Shown here one piece after another: positions 1 to 17,427 of a stretch of DNA of 64,000 nt. Source of the stretch: Marsupella aquatica. Taxonomy: Eukaryota; Plantae; Marchantiophyta. The notes beneath the pieces are model-generated. The model was not told where the DNA came from. It ran no database searches and saw only the letters and a list, made by a program, of their open reading frames with translations. The stretch lies in contig OZ316893.1 in the NCBI GenBank assembly GCA_973895155.1, positions 11,858,359 through 11,922,358 on the forward strand. The letters are read 5' to 3'. Made by a program: the position numbers and the translations under genes. Within the stretch, counting starts at the first letter, position 1. Every line of letters begins with the position of its first letter.

Positions 1-2580
1 ATGATTAAGTTCATTCCGAAGAAATCTGATAAGCAGCATCTAAGGGACTGGCGGCCTCTTACTATGCTGAACATAGGCTACAAGCTGGTTGCAAAGTTAT
101 TGGCGTTAAGGCTAATTCAAATCCTACCGAAGGTTATTAGTTCTCAACAAACAGGTTTCATTCCAGGAAGAAATATACTGGAGAACATTTCGCTGGCTTG
201 GCTAATGTTTGACTGGGTGAAAAATAGGAAGGTTGAATCACTTTTCCTTAAGCTAGATTTTGAGAAAGCGTTTGACAGAGTGGATCAGAGCTTTATATGG
301 GAAACTATGCACTTGTTGGGGATAAGCGGAACGTTCATAAAACTAGTCAAGGCACTATTACAACAGGCATCCTCAAAGATTTATGTGAATGGGTTGCTTT
401 CCTCTGAGATTGGACTGTTGAGGGGTGTTAGGCAGGGTTGCCCTCTTTCACCTCTCTTATTTGTGATATCAACTCAGCCTTTAATGGATTTTATGGATGC
501 TGAGATGGAGGCAGGGCGTTTAGATGGCATTCAAGTCTCAGCGGACTTGAGGATATGCTATAGGTTCTTTGCTGATGACTTGGGGATGTTCATCCCGGCT
601 AAGCAGAGGAGTTTCCTGAAAGCAACAACAGTGATACAGTGCTAGATGAATTGGCCACGGGGGCCAGACTGAATTTGCGTAAATCAATAGTCATCCCGCT
701 AGCACTGTTGAGTATTCCGGCATGGTTACAAGAGACTGGATGTGTGATTAGCAAGAAAGGAGAGCTACAGAAATATCTGGGTGCTCCTTTGGGGGTGGAC
801 CTGAAAATGGAACAACTGCATAGCTTTTGTCTGGATAAAATTGGGAAGAGGTTATCTTCTTGGTCGAACAAAATGCTTACCTTTACAGGACGCTCGCTTC
901 TGATTAGGCACATACTTCAAGCAATTCCCATTTATCATACAATGTTCCTTAAGGCGTCTGCTGGTTTGGCTAGGAAAATGACTGCACTGTGCAGGGATTT
1001 TTTATGGGGTCATAACAAGGAGGGGGGCAAGCGAGTTCCGCTGGTTTCCTGGGCACGTCTCTCACGTCCCAAGTTGGATGGCGGACTGGGGTTTAAAGAC
1101 TTCCGCAGTCACTCGGATGCGCTGTTATCAAAATGGTTTACCTGTGCAATGGACTACCCGGATACGGAATGGGCTAGAATGTTTGCTGAAAATCTGAATA
1201 GGATTGGATGGACTAACTATAAAGAAATGCGGAGGAATGGGTATACCTTCTGGGACAAAATGGTACTTGGCTGTCCTAGGGGATCTCTGGAAGGCCTGGG
1301 AATTGCTGCGAGCCAATCTGATTTTCTGTCCCTCTGAGCGGATACCTGGTAGATGGTCGATTTGTGATGTGCTCCGATGTTTAAAGGGAACGCAGGCGTG
1401 GAGCAGTGGTGACAGGGAAGCAGTGACAGTCCTTTGTGGAAGACTGGGCATCAGGAGCATGCAAGATTTATGGTCAAGTGAAAGGAATGGATGGTGAGGG
1501 CTGGCAGGAAGGTGGCTACATCTACGTGGATTCTCAGAGGAACACTTAACACTTGGACGCAGATTCATTGGGCTGTTAGCTGACATCCCCAGCTGTGAGT
1601 GGGGGGGTGGAGCCTGGGCCGGAGAGCTGGTGTTGGGCGGACAACCCTACTGCTCTCAGGAGGTTCAGAGTGTCAAATAAGAGAGCATATCAGATGCTGC
1701 AAGAGGAGGTGAGCGATTTACAGAGTTTAAATAGGACATGGGGAATTGCAAGCACGGGCGACGAATGGAGGGCAAGGTGGGCGGGGCTGTGGGGATTGGA
1801 CTTGTCAATGAGAGCTAAGATATTTATGTGGCGTGTAGTAGCATCGGGGCTCTTCACCGGGGTTAGGGAGGTCAAAATTGGTAAAGGAAATGGAGAGTGC
1901 AAGCTATGTCCTGGAACACTAGAGACTATTTCACACTTGTTCATGACCTGTCAACATGCACAGCGCTGTTGGCAGCTCTGTGCACAAAGCTTTGAGGGCA
2001 TATTTGCAGATTATTTTGGGGGGCTGCTTGGGATGATAAATTCTGCTGTGGGTAAGGAATATAGGAAGATAGTTAAAATGATTGTCTTATACCAGATATT
2101 GTGGATGATCTGGTTGGGTCGAAATGAGCATATGTTTGTGATGGGCGGGGCCCGGAGGTTTGATATGAGATTCACTCTCTCGGAGGCGGTGGACCATGTC
2201 ACTGCGGTCGGGCTTGCACTGCCAGCGAGCAACAGACGGACTAGGCTACTGAGAGTGAAAGAGATTATCAATGCAGAGCGGCTCACTTGGTTGAGGCGTA
2301 GAGACTGCTGGATCACATCAGGATAGCGTAGGAATGACTGATGGAAGGGTAGTAGGCTGGATAGGTGGATGGATTGCAGTAGAATAAGTTTGTTAAGGCT
2401 GTTAGGATGGTCTCTGGTTCCGGATGGCTGGTAGGAATACTTGATACCGGTGCTGTTGGTAAGCGGAGTTCAGTTGTGTGTGCTGGGCTGGAATCTGTTG
2501 TGCTGGTATTGGTGGTGACTTTTCTGTTTGTTTCCCCCCGGCCATGGGGTTTGCGTGGCCCACAAAAGTTATAAAAATTC
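1..2580 (+). mobile_element. L1-clade LINE retrotransposon, 3' part of ORF2 (reverse transcriptase + C-terminal zf-RVT), disrupted by stops/frameshifts; runs off the window start
   Basis: RT motifs WRPLTMLN, QTGFIPGR, LKLDFEKAFD, GVRQGCPLSP, FADD (1-645), KYLG and GGLG (639-1337), and CKLC..ETISHLFMTC zinc knuckle (1595-2326). The ORF is split over several frames; an A-rich end follows near 2565-2580. Confidence 0.93.
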
Positions 2581-2649
2581 TAAAAACGTTTAAAGGAAGC
2601 TTGGATTCCAAAATCCAGGCTAAAAAATTTCCAGAAAGGGGAGGAATGT

Positions 2650-3210
2650 AGTGAGAAATTTAACACTTGCCTGAAAATAAAAGAAACATCGTAAGAAGCA
2701 AAGAACGTGGTTGGTTGACCATAAGGTATATGTGTTGTTATGGACCAAAAGATGCCAGGGGAGACATGCGGGAGGATGATCTACCAGAAAATAGAGTTCT
2801 TCAAAATGGAGAGAAACCACTACAACATACTACAAATATTGGAGAGTCTTTTAGGAGAGGCTGCAGATTCAGTTTTTTAGCAAATTTCAAGGAGATGGAA
2901 AGGCCCAATGTCAGGTAGTTAGAGCAAAGGACTTGCCTGCTGAAATTCACAGAGTTCAAACATGTTGATAACACAGGGAATTTTTGTCATGGTTGGGAGG
3001 ACAAATATGCTTGGGATGTGGGGGCTCACATTGCCCCCAGAATATCCATTGACCTTCGTAAGAGCATTGAGAGGCTCTTGCGAACAGGAGTCACTGAACT
3101 GGGAATTTTGAAGGCCCAGTGGGAAGAGCTACGTGAGCATAGAAAGAAGTTCAGTGATGATAGAGCCAATGTAGTTTGGACAAGGGACATGGGACTAGAT
3201 TTGAAGGTGG
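2650..3210 (+). pseudogene. Degenerate fragment of a MULE/SWIM-type transposase-related protein (N-terminal part)
   Basis: Pieces YMCCYGPKD, RRGCRFSF, KHVDNTGNFCHG and APRISIDLRKSIERLLRTG match my recollection of the N-terminus of plant SWIM/MULE-like proteins (YWCS(Y/F)GPE..., RGC.CHF, HV...G..CHG). Stops and frameshifts lie between the pieces. Confidence 0.5.
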
Positions 3211-4739
3211 GTTGTGGGGAGAATCAAGGCCCTAAACCCTAAATGCCTTTGTAGCGACTCGTCTCCGTGAATCTAGTATGCCCCCTCCTTCTGTACTTGC
3301 AGGTACAACAGTACCTGCCTTGTGCATCCTTGTGGAGGTACCTTGTGCTCCTCTAAAGCCACTCGTACCGGGCCTGTACCAGGTTTCTTCACCTCCCTCG
3401 TCCCTCCTTCGTGGTCTCTCCCTCGTTTTTTTCCTCTTATTGGTTCCATTTTTACAGGTTTCAATTTTTCTCACCCAAAAGGACACACCAAATTTGAATG
3501 ACGACCACATCATTTTTTGGCGCAACCTCTTATTATAGTTCTTGATAGTGTCATTTCTCCCCATTATGTGACACAGATTCTCAAACCAGCTGTTCCATGG
3601 AGGTCTCTTGTGACTGGAATGCCCCGTGTCGGATCTTGATCAAAACTTACAAGGGCTTTAAAAAAATGCTACCATCATTAACTTGGGCAGTCAGTCTGCA
3701 CCAAAAATCAGTCTGTGCACATGCATTGGTGCCCTTCAAAAACCTGATGGTGACATGGATGGGTGTCATGATCCATCTCAAACTGAGAACCCCTACGCTA
3801 AGTATGTCCAAAAGTTGGGTTTTGGTCAGGATCATGAATGCAAATTTCCCACACGGGCTGACCGAAACAAACAGGAAACAGCTGGTTTGAGATGTCCCAA
3901 TACAGCCCGCACTTTAAGTAATACACTATGGGTGTCTTTACAGGAGTTAGGGGGCACTTTTGACTTTTTATTGACCAAAACAAAAAATGGAGGTTTACTT
4001 CTTGTTCTAAAGAATACCCTGACTGCTAGAACTTTGCTAACATCTGCGGCTGCCTTGCCTTGAAACGTGCTGCCACCCAGAATCATTGGTCCAAAGGCTT
4101 GACTCTAGACCATAGGCTCTGGAGTGAAGCTTTCAATCCCAAAGTATTGGTTACATATACAAGACTCCAGACAGATCTTTTGAAATGAAGTTCAATAACC
4201 AAATCTTGTGAATGGAAGAGCCAAAGGTTGGAAATGTTTTGCACCACCTCTCAAGGCGGTTTAAAGTTCTAGATAAAAAATAAGAACTCCACATTATTTA
4301 GCATTTACCTGGATCCATTGCTTGCCAGGTAGATTGATAGATACCATACTTAAATAGACCCCCAAGTTGTTGTAAAACCAACTGCAACAGTTTCCACTCA
4401 TTGTACTGTCTAGCTTTCATTTCAGAGACATGAGGGGCCCATTATCTTGTAAAGCCACCCTAAATGATTGCCTAAGGGAGATTTACAAGAAACACCTCAC
4501 AACAAATGATGGGTCACTTCCAAGGTTTTGCTTTTGGATTTCATCACAACCATTTATATCAAGTGGGTGTGGGTCCAGTTTGGATACATGAGATTTTTCT
4601 CTTTTGTAATTTTCAGGGCAGTTTTGGAAAAGAATGCACAGTCAAGATTTGGGATCCTCATTATGAAACTCCACTCTACTTTTACTAAACTAGGTAACAA
4701 TAAAAGTCTCTTAGGCTCTTGAGTGCATTCAGGAAGTTC

Positions 4740-5345
4740 TTGGCAGTAATAACCCCCAAAACCTCAAGCTCGAGCTCTTGCTTTCAGTGCATTCTGTCCA
4801 CCAACCTTGAATGCATTAAGGGCGTTATGGGCAATACTAATCCCCCAACCTTGAGCCAAAGCTCTTGTTTTTCAGTGCATTATGTCCCCAAACCTTGAAT
4901 GTATAAAGGTTCTATTACCAGGGGGTTATGGGCAATCATAACCCTGCAAACCTCAAGCACAAGCTCTTCTTTTTCAGAGCATTATGTCCCCAAAGCTTGA
5001 ATGTATTAAGGTCCTGTTACCAGGGCGTTATGGGTGACAATAACTCCCTAACCTTGAGCCCAACCTATTGTTTTTCAGTGCATTATGTCCCCAAACCTCA
5101 ATTCTATGAAGCCCCTGTTATCATGGCTTTTTGGGCAACAATAACTCCCCAAACCTCAAGCTCAAGCTCTTGTTTTTCAGTGCATTATGTCCCCAAACCT
5201 CAATTCTATGAAGCCCCTGTTATCATGGCTTTTTGGGCAACAATAACTCCCCAAACCTCAAGCTCAAGCTCTTGTTTTTCAGTGCATTATGTCCCAAACC
5301 TCGATCTAAAGCTCTTGTTTTTCAGTGTAGTAAGCCCCCAAACCT
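4740..5345. repeat. Tandem minisatellite, ~100 bp unit (one near-exact 102-bp duplication plus diverged copies)
   Basis: Recurring TTTTCAGTGCATTATGTCCCCAAACCT; the 34-aa repeat in ORF 4928-5392 gives the 102-bp period. Confidence 0.85.
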
Positions 5346-6047
5346 CAAATACACAATGCCTTGTAAACAAGACTTTCCTCCCTACACAATAAGGCCTTAA
5401 CAGAACAAGTTATTCTATCCTGTCTTTTGCACCTCACTGCCCCATCTTCAGCTGGAACAGGTAGACGAGCACTGTTTAGTTCTTTCACTCTGAATAAAAT
5501 TAAACCCTTGCTTGTAAGAATTAGCCGATACCCAGACTTTTGTTTGCTCTTTTCCTTGGGACAATACCGCCCCGAACTCTTTGCCCGCTGAGTTAAGAGC
5601 CAACTCGCATGTGAAGGTCCTCACCAATACAGCACTCACTGACATTTGACAATAGTGTCTGCTGCCTGGCCCACGGAAAAGTTTGCAATGACAAAGTTTC
5701 AGGGGCATGTGTCCTGTTCAGGATTTTGTTTTATGCTGGAGTTTGAGGTCGGGACTTCAAGGGCCGGAAAGTTTCTGGTCCTTGCATGGGTTTTGTCCCT
5801 CAGCAAATACATTCAGCTTGACAGCTAAATCCTTACGCCCAGTGTCTAGTAAAGTGGATGCAATGATTCATCATTCACAATTGTCACGAATACAGATCTG
5901 GTTTCCAAGCTAGATCTCATCCTTTACTCAGAAGCGAGACCTCTCTGTACAAAATTCTTAGGACTCATATCAACAAAATAACCCATTCACGGAAAAGGGA
6001 AATGACCAGCGTAGGCCAGCTGCTCAATAGCTCTACTTCGGTGAAGG

Positions 6048-10480
<4,433 letters not shown>

Positions 10481-10511
10481 CTTGGCAAAGCTCAGCTTAG
10501 CTCCCTTTTTT

Positions 10512-10535
10512 TCTCTCTTTCTCTCTCTCTCTCTC
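10512..10535 (-). repeat. (GA)n microsatellite in the GFAT 5' UTR
   Basis: (CT)n run on the + strand about 30 nt upstream of the GFAT ATG. Confidence 0.8.
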
Positions 10536-11975
10536 GTCAGCAATTGTTGTTCGGTTGATGAGACTGATCCCTCACGAGACCAAAACACTGAGATGGGATC
10601 GTGCTCCACCAACAATAATTTCCGCAACTCCAATTCCCGTCCAGATGCGCGATTCGCGCTCGTTCTGCTGTTCTTGCCGACCCCGTCTCTAAACCCCTCT
10701 CATCGTCGTCGTCAAAGCACCATAATGCCTCTCGAAGTCATCATTCATACCTCGAAATTCCTCCGCTTTCATCATTCCTACCTCACAGTTCCTCCGCCTT
10801 CATCATTCATACCTCACAATTCCTTCGCCTTCATCTGCCCCTCCTGAAATCGGTCCTTCGATGCCTCGAGCTTCAGTTCACACCTCTCTACCCCGCTCTC
10901 TTACAACGTGCACTGGACTGTATACACCCGTACTGTAAAGGGCACTCCCACAATTCCCATTCGCACCCAACATTCGGCCCGACGAATGAATGTCGGGGTA
11001 GCCACGCACTGCCAGCACCTGCCGCACCAGATTGTCCGTCCGATCTCCATCGAACGGCTCTTGGTTCCTTCGTTCTCACAGCCTGCAGAGTACCCGATAT
11101 TGACACTCCCGCACCCACCATTTTAACGAACGAATGACTTCGTCCATTCTGCCTGCCACCCGATATTGGCCGGTTCAGTACTGTAGTAGGCGCCAAGGCC
11201 GCCGCACGCATTGGCCGTGTGACGTAGCGGACGTACCTTAGAGTACAGTACGACGCTGCATCCTGGAGGGCTTACTAGGTTCGGGGCCTTTGGATTCGAA
11301 TCATCGACAGTAGAGGATGGTTTAAACTTTAAAGACGGAAGGTCAGACTGTCAGATGACCATCAGTCACCTTCCTAGAAGGGCCTCCGACGGGCCGCACC
11401 TAAACGGTACCCGTACCGCAATTCTGTAGCGTGGCGAATCTCGCACGATTTACATCTGTAAGGGAGTACGTCTGAGGGGATCGACGGCCAGGAGAACCCC
11501 CAAGACCCGGAGGTGGTGTAGAGGGCGGCGAGTCCGGGTCGCATGGAGTCCGTGTAGGCTGGGGGCCTGACCTGCTGCCCAGTGGCTCGACCGAGTCCAA
11601 CGGGTCCGGTGCATGAACAGAAACCTCTCGCTCTAAGTGCACACTTCGTAACTGCAAAAATAGTAAAATTGCAAAGTGTTCTTTCCTTCCTTTTATTTCC
11701 CGAGCAGCTTAGGAGCTTTTTTTGCAAGTTACCATAATTGTCAGTGGGAGGAATTCTGCACTTACCCATGAGTGTGCATAAACCCGCACCTTTATATTTG
11801 TCATTCACTCATACAGTGTAGCCCTTTTACACTTACAAAAATTGTAAAAAGAAATTTCATGCATAGAAATTGGAAACGCAAGATAGCCTACCACTGCAAT
11901 TATGTTAGCTTGCTTTTTTTGCAAGCTACCTTTACAAGTGGCCATAATTGCACAAACACCTTTCTAAGATTTAGA

Positions 11976-14900
11976 GAGAGATATACTTATTAGTGGACCT
12001 CCAAATGCAAATTTTGTCTTTAACAGACCAAAAGTTGCACACTCTCTTCCAATGGACCCAAACTTTCAGGTTCCCTCCCTGCCAATGGACCTCCAGGCCC
12101 ACTCGTACAAGTGCATCTTCTTAAACACTTACCACATGTGACAGGGCCCCAAACCCGGTAGTAACTTAGTGATGACTTATAATTGCGTATATGAGTAGAA
12201 AGCAAGTAGGTGTAGCAAAAGTGTTTGGTTTTCAAAATTTTTAATTTTTGTTAGTTCTAAAAAATTGATGCGACACCGGAGGCCGGAGTAGAGAGGGATG
12301 TCGGGCGGTGATGGATGACAAGGGAACCATTGAGGGGGTAAAAGGAGGCCACAAGGCAGCCCAAGGACTTGGAGCCAAGGTGTGGGCATCTTGGAGGGGT
12401 GGGGGTTGGTCGGAGGCTCCACGTAAGGCGCAAAACGGGAAGAATGACCAAAATATAGAAAACGTTGAAACTTAAAATAGACGTTGTTGCGCTAGTACTA
12501 TTCATTTTGAAGCCCTCAATGAGCCCCATGCGAAACTGAGGTTCTCTAATTGATTTTAGGTCTATATCAAATAGTGATATCTCGAGGAACCTCAACGCCC
12601 GTAAAACGGCAAACTAGACAATCTTGGAGTAGTGATGGTGGGAGGGCCCTTAGAAGGAAGGGGTTCCCACACTTGTGTTCCCCTTCACTCTTTGTGTGGT
12701 CCTCACATGTTTTTTTTTGCTCTCTTTCCCTTCCCCACCGTAGAAGGGCCACCGTAGAAGGGGCCCTCACACTTTCTTCTTTCCCTTTTTCTCTATTCTC
12801 ACTTGTGGGGTTTCCATCCATACCTAAACCCTAAACCCTTTCCCTCTTGTGTTTGCTTTCAACATGTGTACGGACCCTGGTTGTACGAACATCAGATTTT
12901 TTACCATCTCAAAATCAGGAGTCTATGGGCTTGTTGGAAAGAGCTCGCCGAGCTGAATCCAACGATGTGTCACACGGCCAAAACAGAGCTAAGACGGGGG
13001 AGATACAACAGATCGCGTTTTTTTGAGAATACAGGAGTTTTGAGGCCGTACGGATGTCCGTACGACAGGAGGTCCCAGCTTTGCAAGAGAAGGAGGAGGT
13101 AACAGCACATACGGGGAAACTGTGATTCGTGTTTTTCAAGCCAGGGCCCCCTGGTGTTGTACGGGCGAAACGGAGGGAGACGGTGCCCCGTGAAAAGTTA
13201 AACGATCATATCTTGGCCGTTTGACTTCCGTTTTGTGCACCGTTTACGGAGCCATGATCAGGAAGAGGAGGGTTCCTCAGATATGTTTTCAGAAGTGAAT
13301 TCTGAGAAAATTTTAGTTTCGACAATTATAGGGCCCCCCTCCTTTTACAACAAACCGGTGGTGGCGATCAGGAGGATTGAGGCTTGTAGGCAGAGTAGAG
13401 AGATAGGATAGGAGGTGGTGGACTCAAGTGAGTTCTTGTTTAGCGGAGTGGTATCCACTCCAATGGAGAGCGATGAGGAGACCAACTCACGGGGCTCAAG
13501 CCAGGGCACCGTGAGTGAGAAGGAGAAGGAGATGAGTAAGATGTTGGAGAAACAGTTGCGGGAGACCCGTAAGTCATCACGGGAAACCCAAGCTGGTCAC
13601 GGTGCCACCGTATCTGCTGGTCACGGTGCCACCGTATCAACTAGTCACGGTACCAACATTTCATCACCCTCATCATTACCAGTGGAGGTGAGGATTCCAA
13701 GGGGTGGAGCCCTGGTTTAGTAAGTGAGTCCGGTGAAGACTAATGTAGGGCCTTGCTTTTCATGCACTACGGATTGGATGTTAGTACCAGCGAAGGCACC
13801 GTTGGTACCGTAGTGGGCTAGGGTTTTTCACAGCGTGTGTGTGCCGCACGCTTTAGGTTAGTTTATCTCTTAGATGTTTTTGGCGGCGCCGCTAGGGTTG
13901 CCGCCGTTGTTGCCACTCCGTGAGGGGTGCTTTGGTGTTTTTTTTCAGTATTTAGGAGGGAGCCCCGTAGTGAAACGGGGGGGGGGAACTCAGTCTAGTG
14001 TTGGTATTAGGGAAGTTAGCTCATAGCCAGAAGGGGAATTCGAGCCAAAGTAGTGAGGTAGAGGTGTAGCGCTTGCCCCAGTGAGGCAGGAGTTGGGCAG
14101 ACGGCATAAGGCCGGGTTGTCCTTGCAATGTGTTACCACTTTTTGCCAAAAGATATGGATTTGGTTTGATTCCTCAAGTTTTGGTGTGACGTTATCTTTT
14201 CTGGTTCACGATTGTGTTCTTTCCCAAGAAGTGTCTAAGGAATCCTTGGACGGTTTGGTCGACCATGTGAGTAGGAGGGGTGGTGACAACACTCCACCAA
14301 CGACCAGTTGGAGTGTGTGTGGCGTAGTCCATGGGACTTGATCAAAAGCAGAGGGACTAGTCCGTAGACTTGATCAAAAATTACATTTCCGGGAGCGAAA
14401 ATAAACATACTCATCCTACATACAATAGAATCCTAATAGTGTCCCTCCACGTTCCCGTCATACGATAACAAACGATTTTAGTAGGAGGAAATACGTATTT
14501 GTCGTGTAAATCGTTTGATATGCAGGTGACACCACATAGTTCAGGTCCACTGCGTACCTTGTGAACACCATGGTTGGTCATGTGTAGTAATGTCAAAGTG
14601 CACAAGCATTGTAGCCCCTAGCCGCAATTTAGCGTCGTAGTGCAGCAGCACCATCATGGCTTCCTAGTTTTGTTGAATACAATATGGCTATTGTATTCAA
14701 CACTACAATTGAACGAGTTTGAGGCGGCATTAGAGTACGCAAGTTCCTTTGTGTGCCCCGGCCTCGAAGTATTTCAGATTACATTCTCACTTTAGTGTTC
14801 AAGATACAAAGGAAATAGTTTACAACTGCATTGGAGCTTGCAAACGCCATACCTCGCCCCAACCTCCTTGCTTTTATGAAGACATGTCATCATGTTACAA

Positions 14901-15940
14901 TATGTATACAATGACATCAATGTTTATGTGTGGAAGATTGGACTTTAGCTTGGACTCTCAAATCACATTTGGAGTTAACACATTTTATGAGAAAAAGAAA
15001 TGTCCAAACAGTCTGATGGCACCTTCTTTGGCAGTTCTGCCACCCAATATTGTGGGGGGGGGGGGGGGGGGGTGTGTGAAGGGGTGGCCTTCTCAACATT
15101 ATTTCGAGCCCTCTCATGAAAGGGGACATTGACTTCCCAAACACCACCTCTGGTCCACAAATGCATTGAGTCATTGTACTCCATGCCTGACACGCTCCCC
15201 TCTAAGTGTACTGTACACATTAGGGGAGTGGAAACACTCACGACCCTGCCGTGCGAGCTCACGCGCAGAGCATGTGCATAAAAAGAAAGTCGTTAAGAAT
15301 GACAGGAACGTGCAAAAGTTCTGTAACATGTAAGTGATTTGGCAAGTCCTCCTCTGAATACATTGTCCAGAATGTATTCAGTTCAAGATATAAGCATATT
15401 AGCTTTTAAGTGCCTACGCCAAGGGTTACTCCAAACCCTAAGTTGTTTAACTATATATAATCTAATACATTTTTTATACATGGATGTAAATGTCTACACC
15501 GCTTTGTATATGTTGTGGTCGCAGTATCAATGCCTCGTTCATCCAACATTGTGGTCCTTGTATAGAGTGATGTCAATGTATATGTACATGATCTAATTGC
15601 GAGACTCTATGTCGTCGTGCGGATGCACGGGCGTATGGTTTGTTTGGCATTACGGTTGATGTTTGTATGCATTGTGGTCAATGTATACATTGATTCACTC
15701 GGAACTACGATCGTAGTCAACCGCATTTGGTGACGCGGTTGGACACTGAAGAACAATCGAACATATTGCATTTTACAGTGAAAATCTCACATAAATAAAA
15801 CTGCACAGTGCGTCAGAAGAACATCTCACACAAAATGGTATGAACCTCTGGTGGGCCCGGAGGTTCACTAGAGAGAGTATGCAACTTTTGGTCTGTTAAG
15901 TAAAAAAGTTGCATTTGGAGGTCCATGAAGTATATCTCTC
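11976..15940. mobile_element. ~4 kb non-autonomous TIR element with ~70-bp imperfect TIRs starting GAGAGATATAC; no recognisable transposase
   Basis: Left GAGAGATATACTTATTAGTGGACCTCCAAATGCAAATTTTGTCTTTAACAGACCAAAAGTTGCACACTCTCT matches the reverse complement of 15871-15940 (GAGAGATATACTTCATGGACCTCCAAATGCAACTTTTTTACTTAACAGACCAAAAGTTGCATACTCTCTC). No clear TSD. Confidence 0.8.
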
Positions 15941-16959
15941 AAGTTTTACCAGTAGAGTCTGACATCGCCACTCCTAATAGCTGAACTTGGTTCCTAGCAA
16001 AATCCCAGTACCATTGAATGTGAGACCAGAAAGACATAATTATAGGTTGAGTTCAAATAAGGGTGACTTTTACAAGAAGGACAAAATTTGATTGGTAATT
16101 TTGAAGATATTGCTTTTAGATTTAATCAAGCCGGTCTTATCAACTTTGGCTTTACATGAAATTTGAGAGTGCACTTGTACTTTCTATTGACTTTGGCTTT
16201 GCATGAACTGAAAGAGGACACTTGTACAAGTGTGAGCACTGTAGTTTGGACAACTTTGGCCAAAGCTGAGTCACCTGCGGTATTTAGAAGGGACCTCTAT
16301 CAAAACCTATAATACACTGTTGTGCAAAATAATGCAGTGGTCCAAGTTCAAACTTGGAGTGCTGTTTTGGTTGGGAAAAATGACAACATGAACAAGTGGA
16401 AGGAATAAACCAAAAGTGAATTATATTTGGTGTCCACTATTGTCCAAGCAAGAAGAAAAAGTGGGAACCAACCCGGGAACCAATGGTGACCCTTTATCCA
16501 AATATTGAGTTTTTGAAATTGGCAGATCTATCCATACACCAGGGCGTCTAAAATAAGTGTCTGCCAAAGCTGCCATTTAGCCTGCCCAGAACTTCTTTAA
16601 AAAATAAATTATTTTATTCACATTTAAATTTAAAAATTTGTAGAAAAACTTGGAAAACTTTGAAAAACTTTTGAATGTAAATAAAATATAGAAAATATTT
16701 GTTTCTCTAAGAATTTAAAATTTGATTTTGTGTCACTCTGTTTTGCTTGGATTCTATGATGCGATGGCTGCATCTTGCATCACTGATTTCTGTGTGCACA
16801 AACATGTCCAAATTTCCATATATCCTTTATAATTCTAGTTTTAATGAATATAGTGATATGACTACAACAAACTGTATGGCCAGGATCACTCATAACATGC
16901 CTCACCCGATGCCTCAACAACTGCATTGCAAATCTTATATGTTTTTGCCCAACCGTGCC

Positions 16960-17427
16960 ACCTTTTCTCACATTGACATATTTTTCTAATCTTTACATAT
17001 TTATCTCTCCTTAACATCTTTAACTTGCCTTGACATCTTTTTCTCACAGTGACATCTTTATCTCACCATAACATTTTTTTCTCACCCTTGACATCTTTTT
17101 TCTCCCTGAGATCATTTTTCACTTGGCTTGACATCTTATCTTTTCTCATATTATTGCCATCTTTTTCTCACCTTGAAATCTTTATTTCACCATTACATCT
17201 TTCCTTCACCCTCAACGTCATTTCTCTCCTTGATGTCTTTCCCTGATCTTTACATATTTCTCTCACTTTGTCATCTTTCTCTCAGGCTTTCTCTCCTCGA
17301 CGTCTTTTTCTCACCTTGGCTTTGTTTCCTCACCTCGACATTGTTTTTTCTCATCTACACTTTTCTTCACCTTGACATCTTCTCCTCACCTCAACATCTT
17401 TTGGGCAACCCACAAGCATGGGGCTAG
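16960..17427 (+). mobile_element. Non-autonomous Helitron 3' portion (pyrimidine-rich short repeats, CTAG terminus)
   Basis: Ends GCAACCCACAAGCATGGGGCTAG|T, resembling the plant Helitron 3' end GCAACGCACGGGCAT...CTAG. It is preceded by degenerate CTTGACATCTTT repeats and is homologous to 44170-44661. The 5' end is not defined. Confidence 0.6.

Noticed and set aside
4928-5392. ORFs with repeated or biased peptides (also 17049-17427, 35877-36113, 39909-40199, 44271-44661)
   Set aside because: They are translations of tandem or low-complexity DNA, not credible proteins.
12820-12840. Telomere-like CCTAAACCCTAAACCC (also ~3230 and ~63315)
   Set aside because: Only two units; such telo-box motifs are common in plant genomes.
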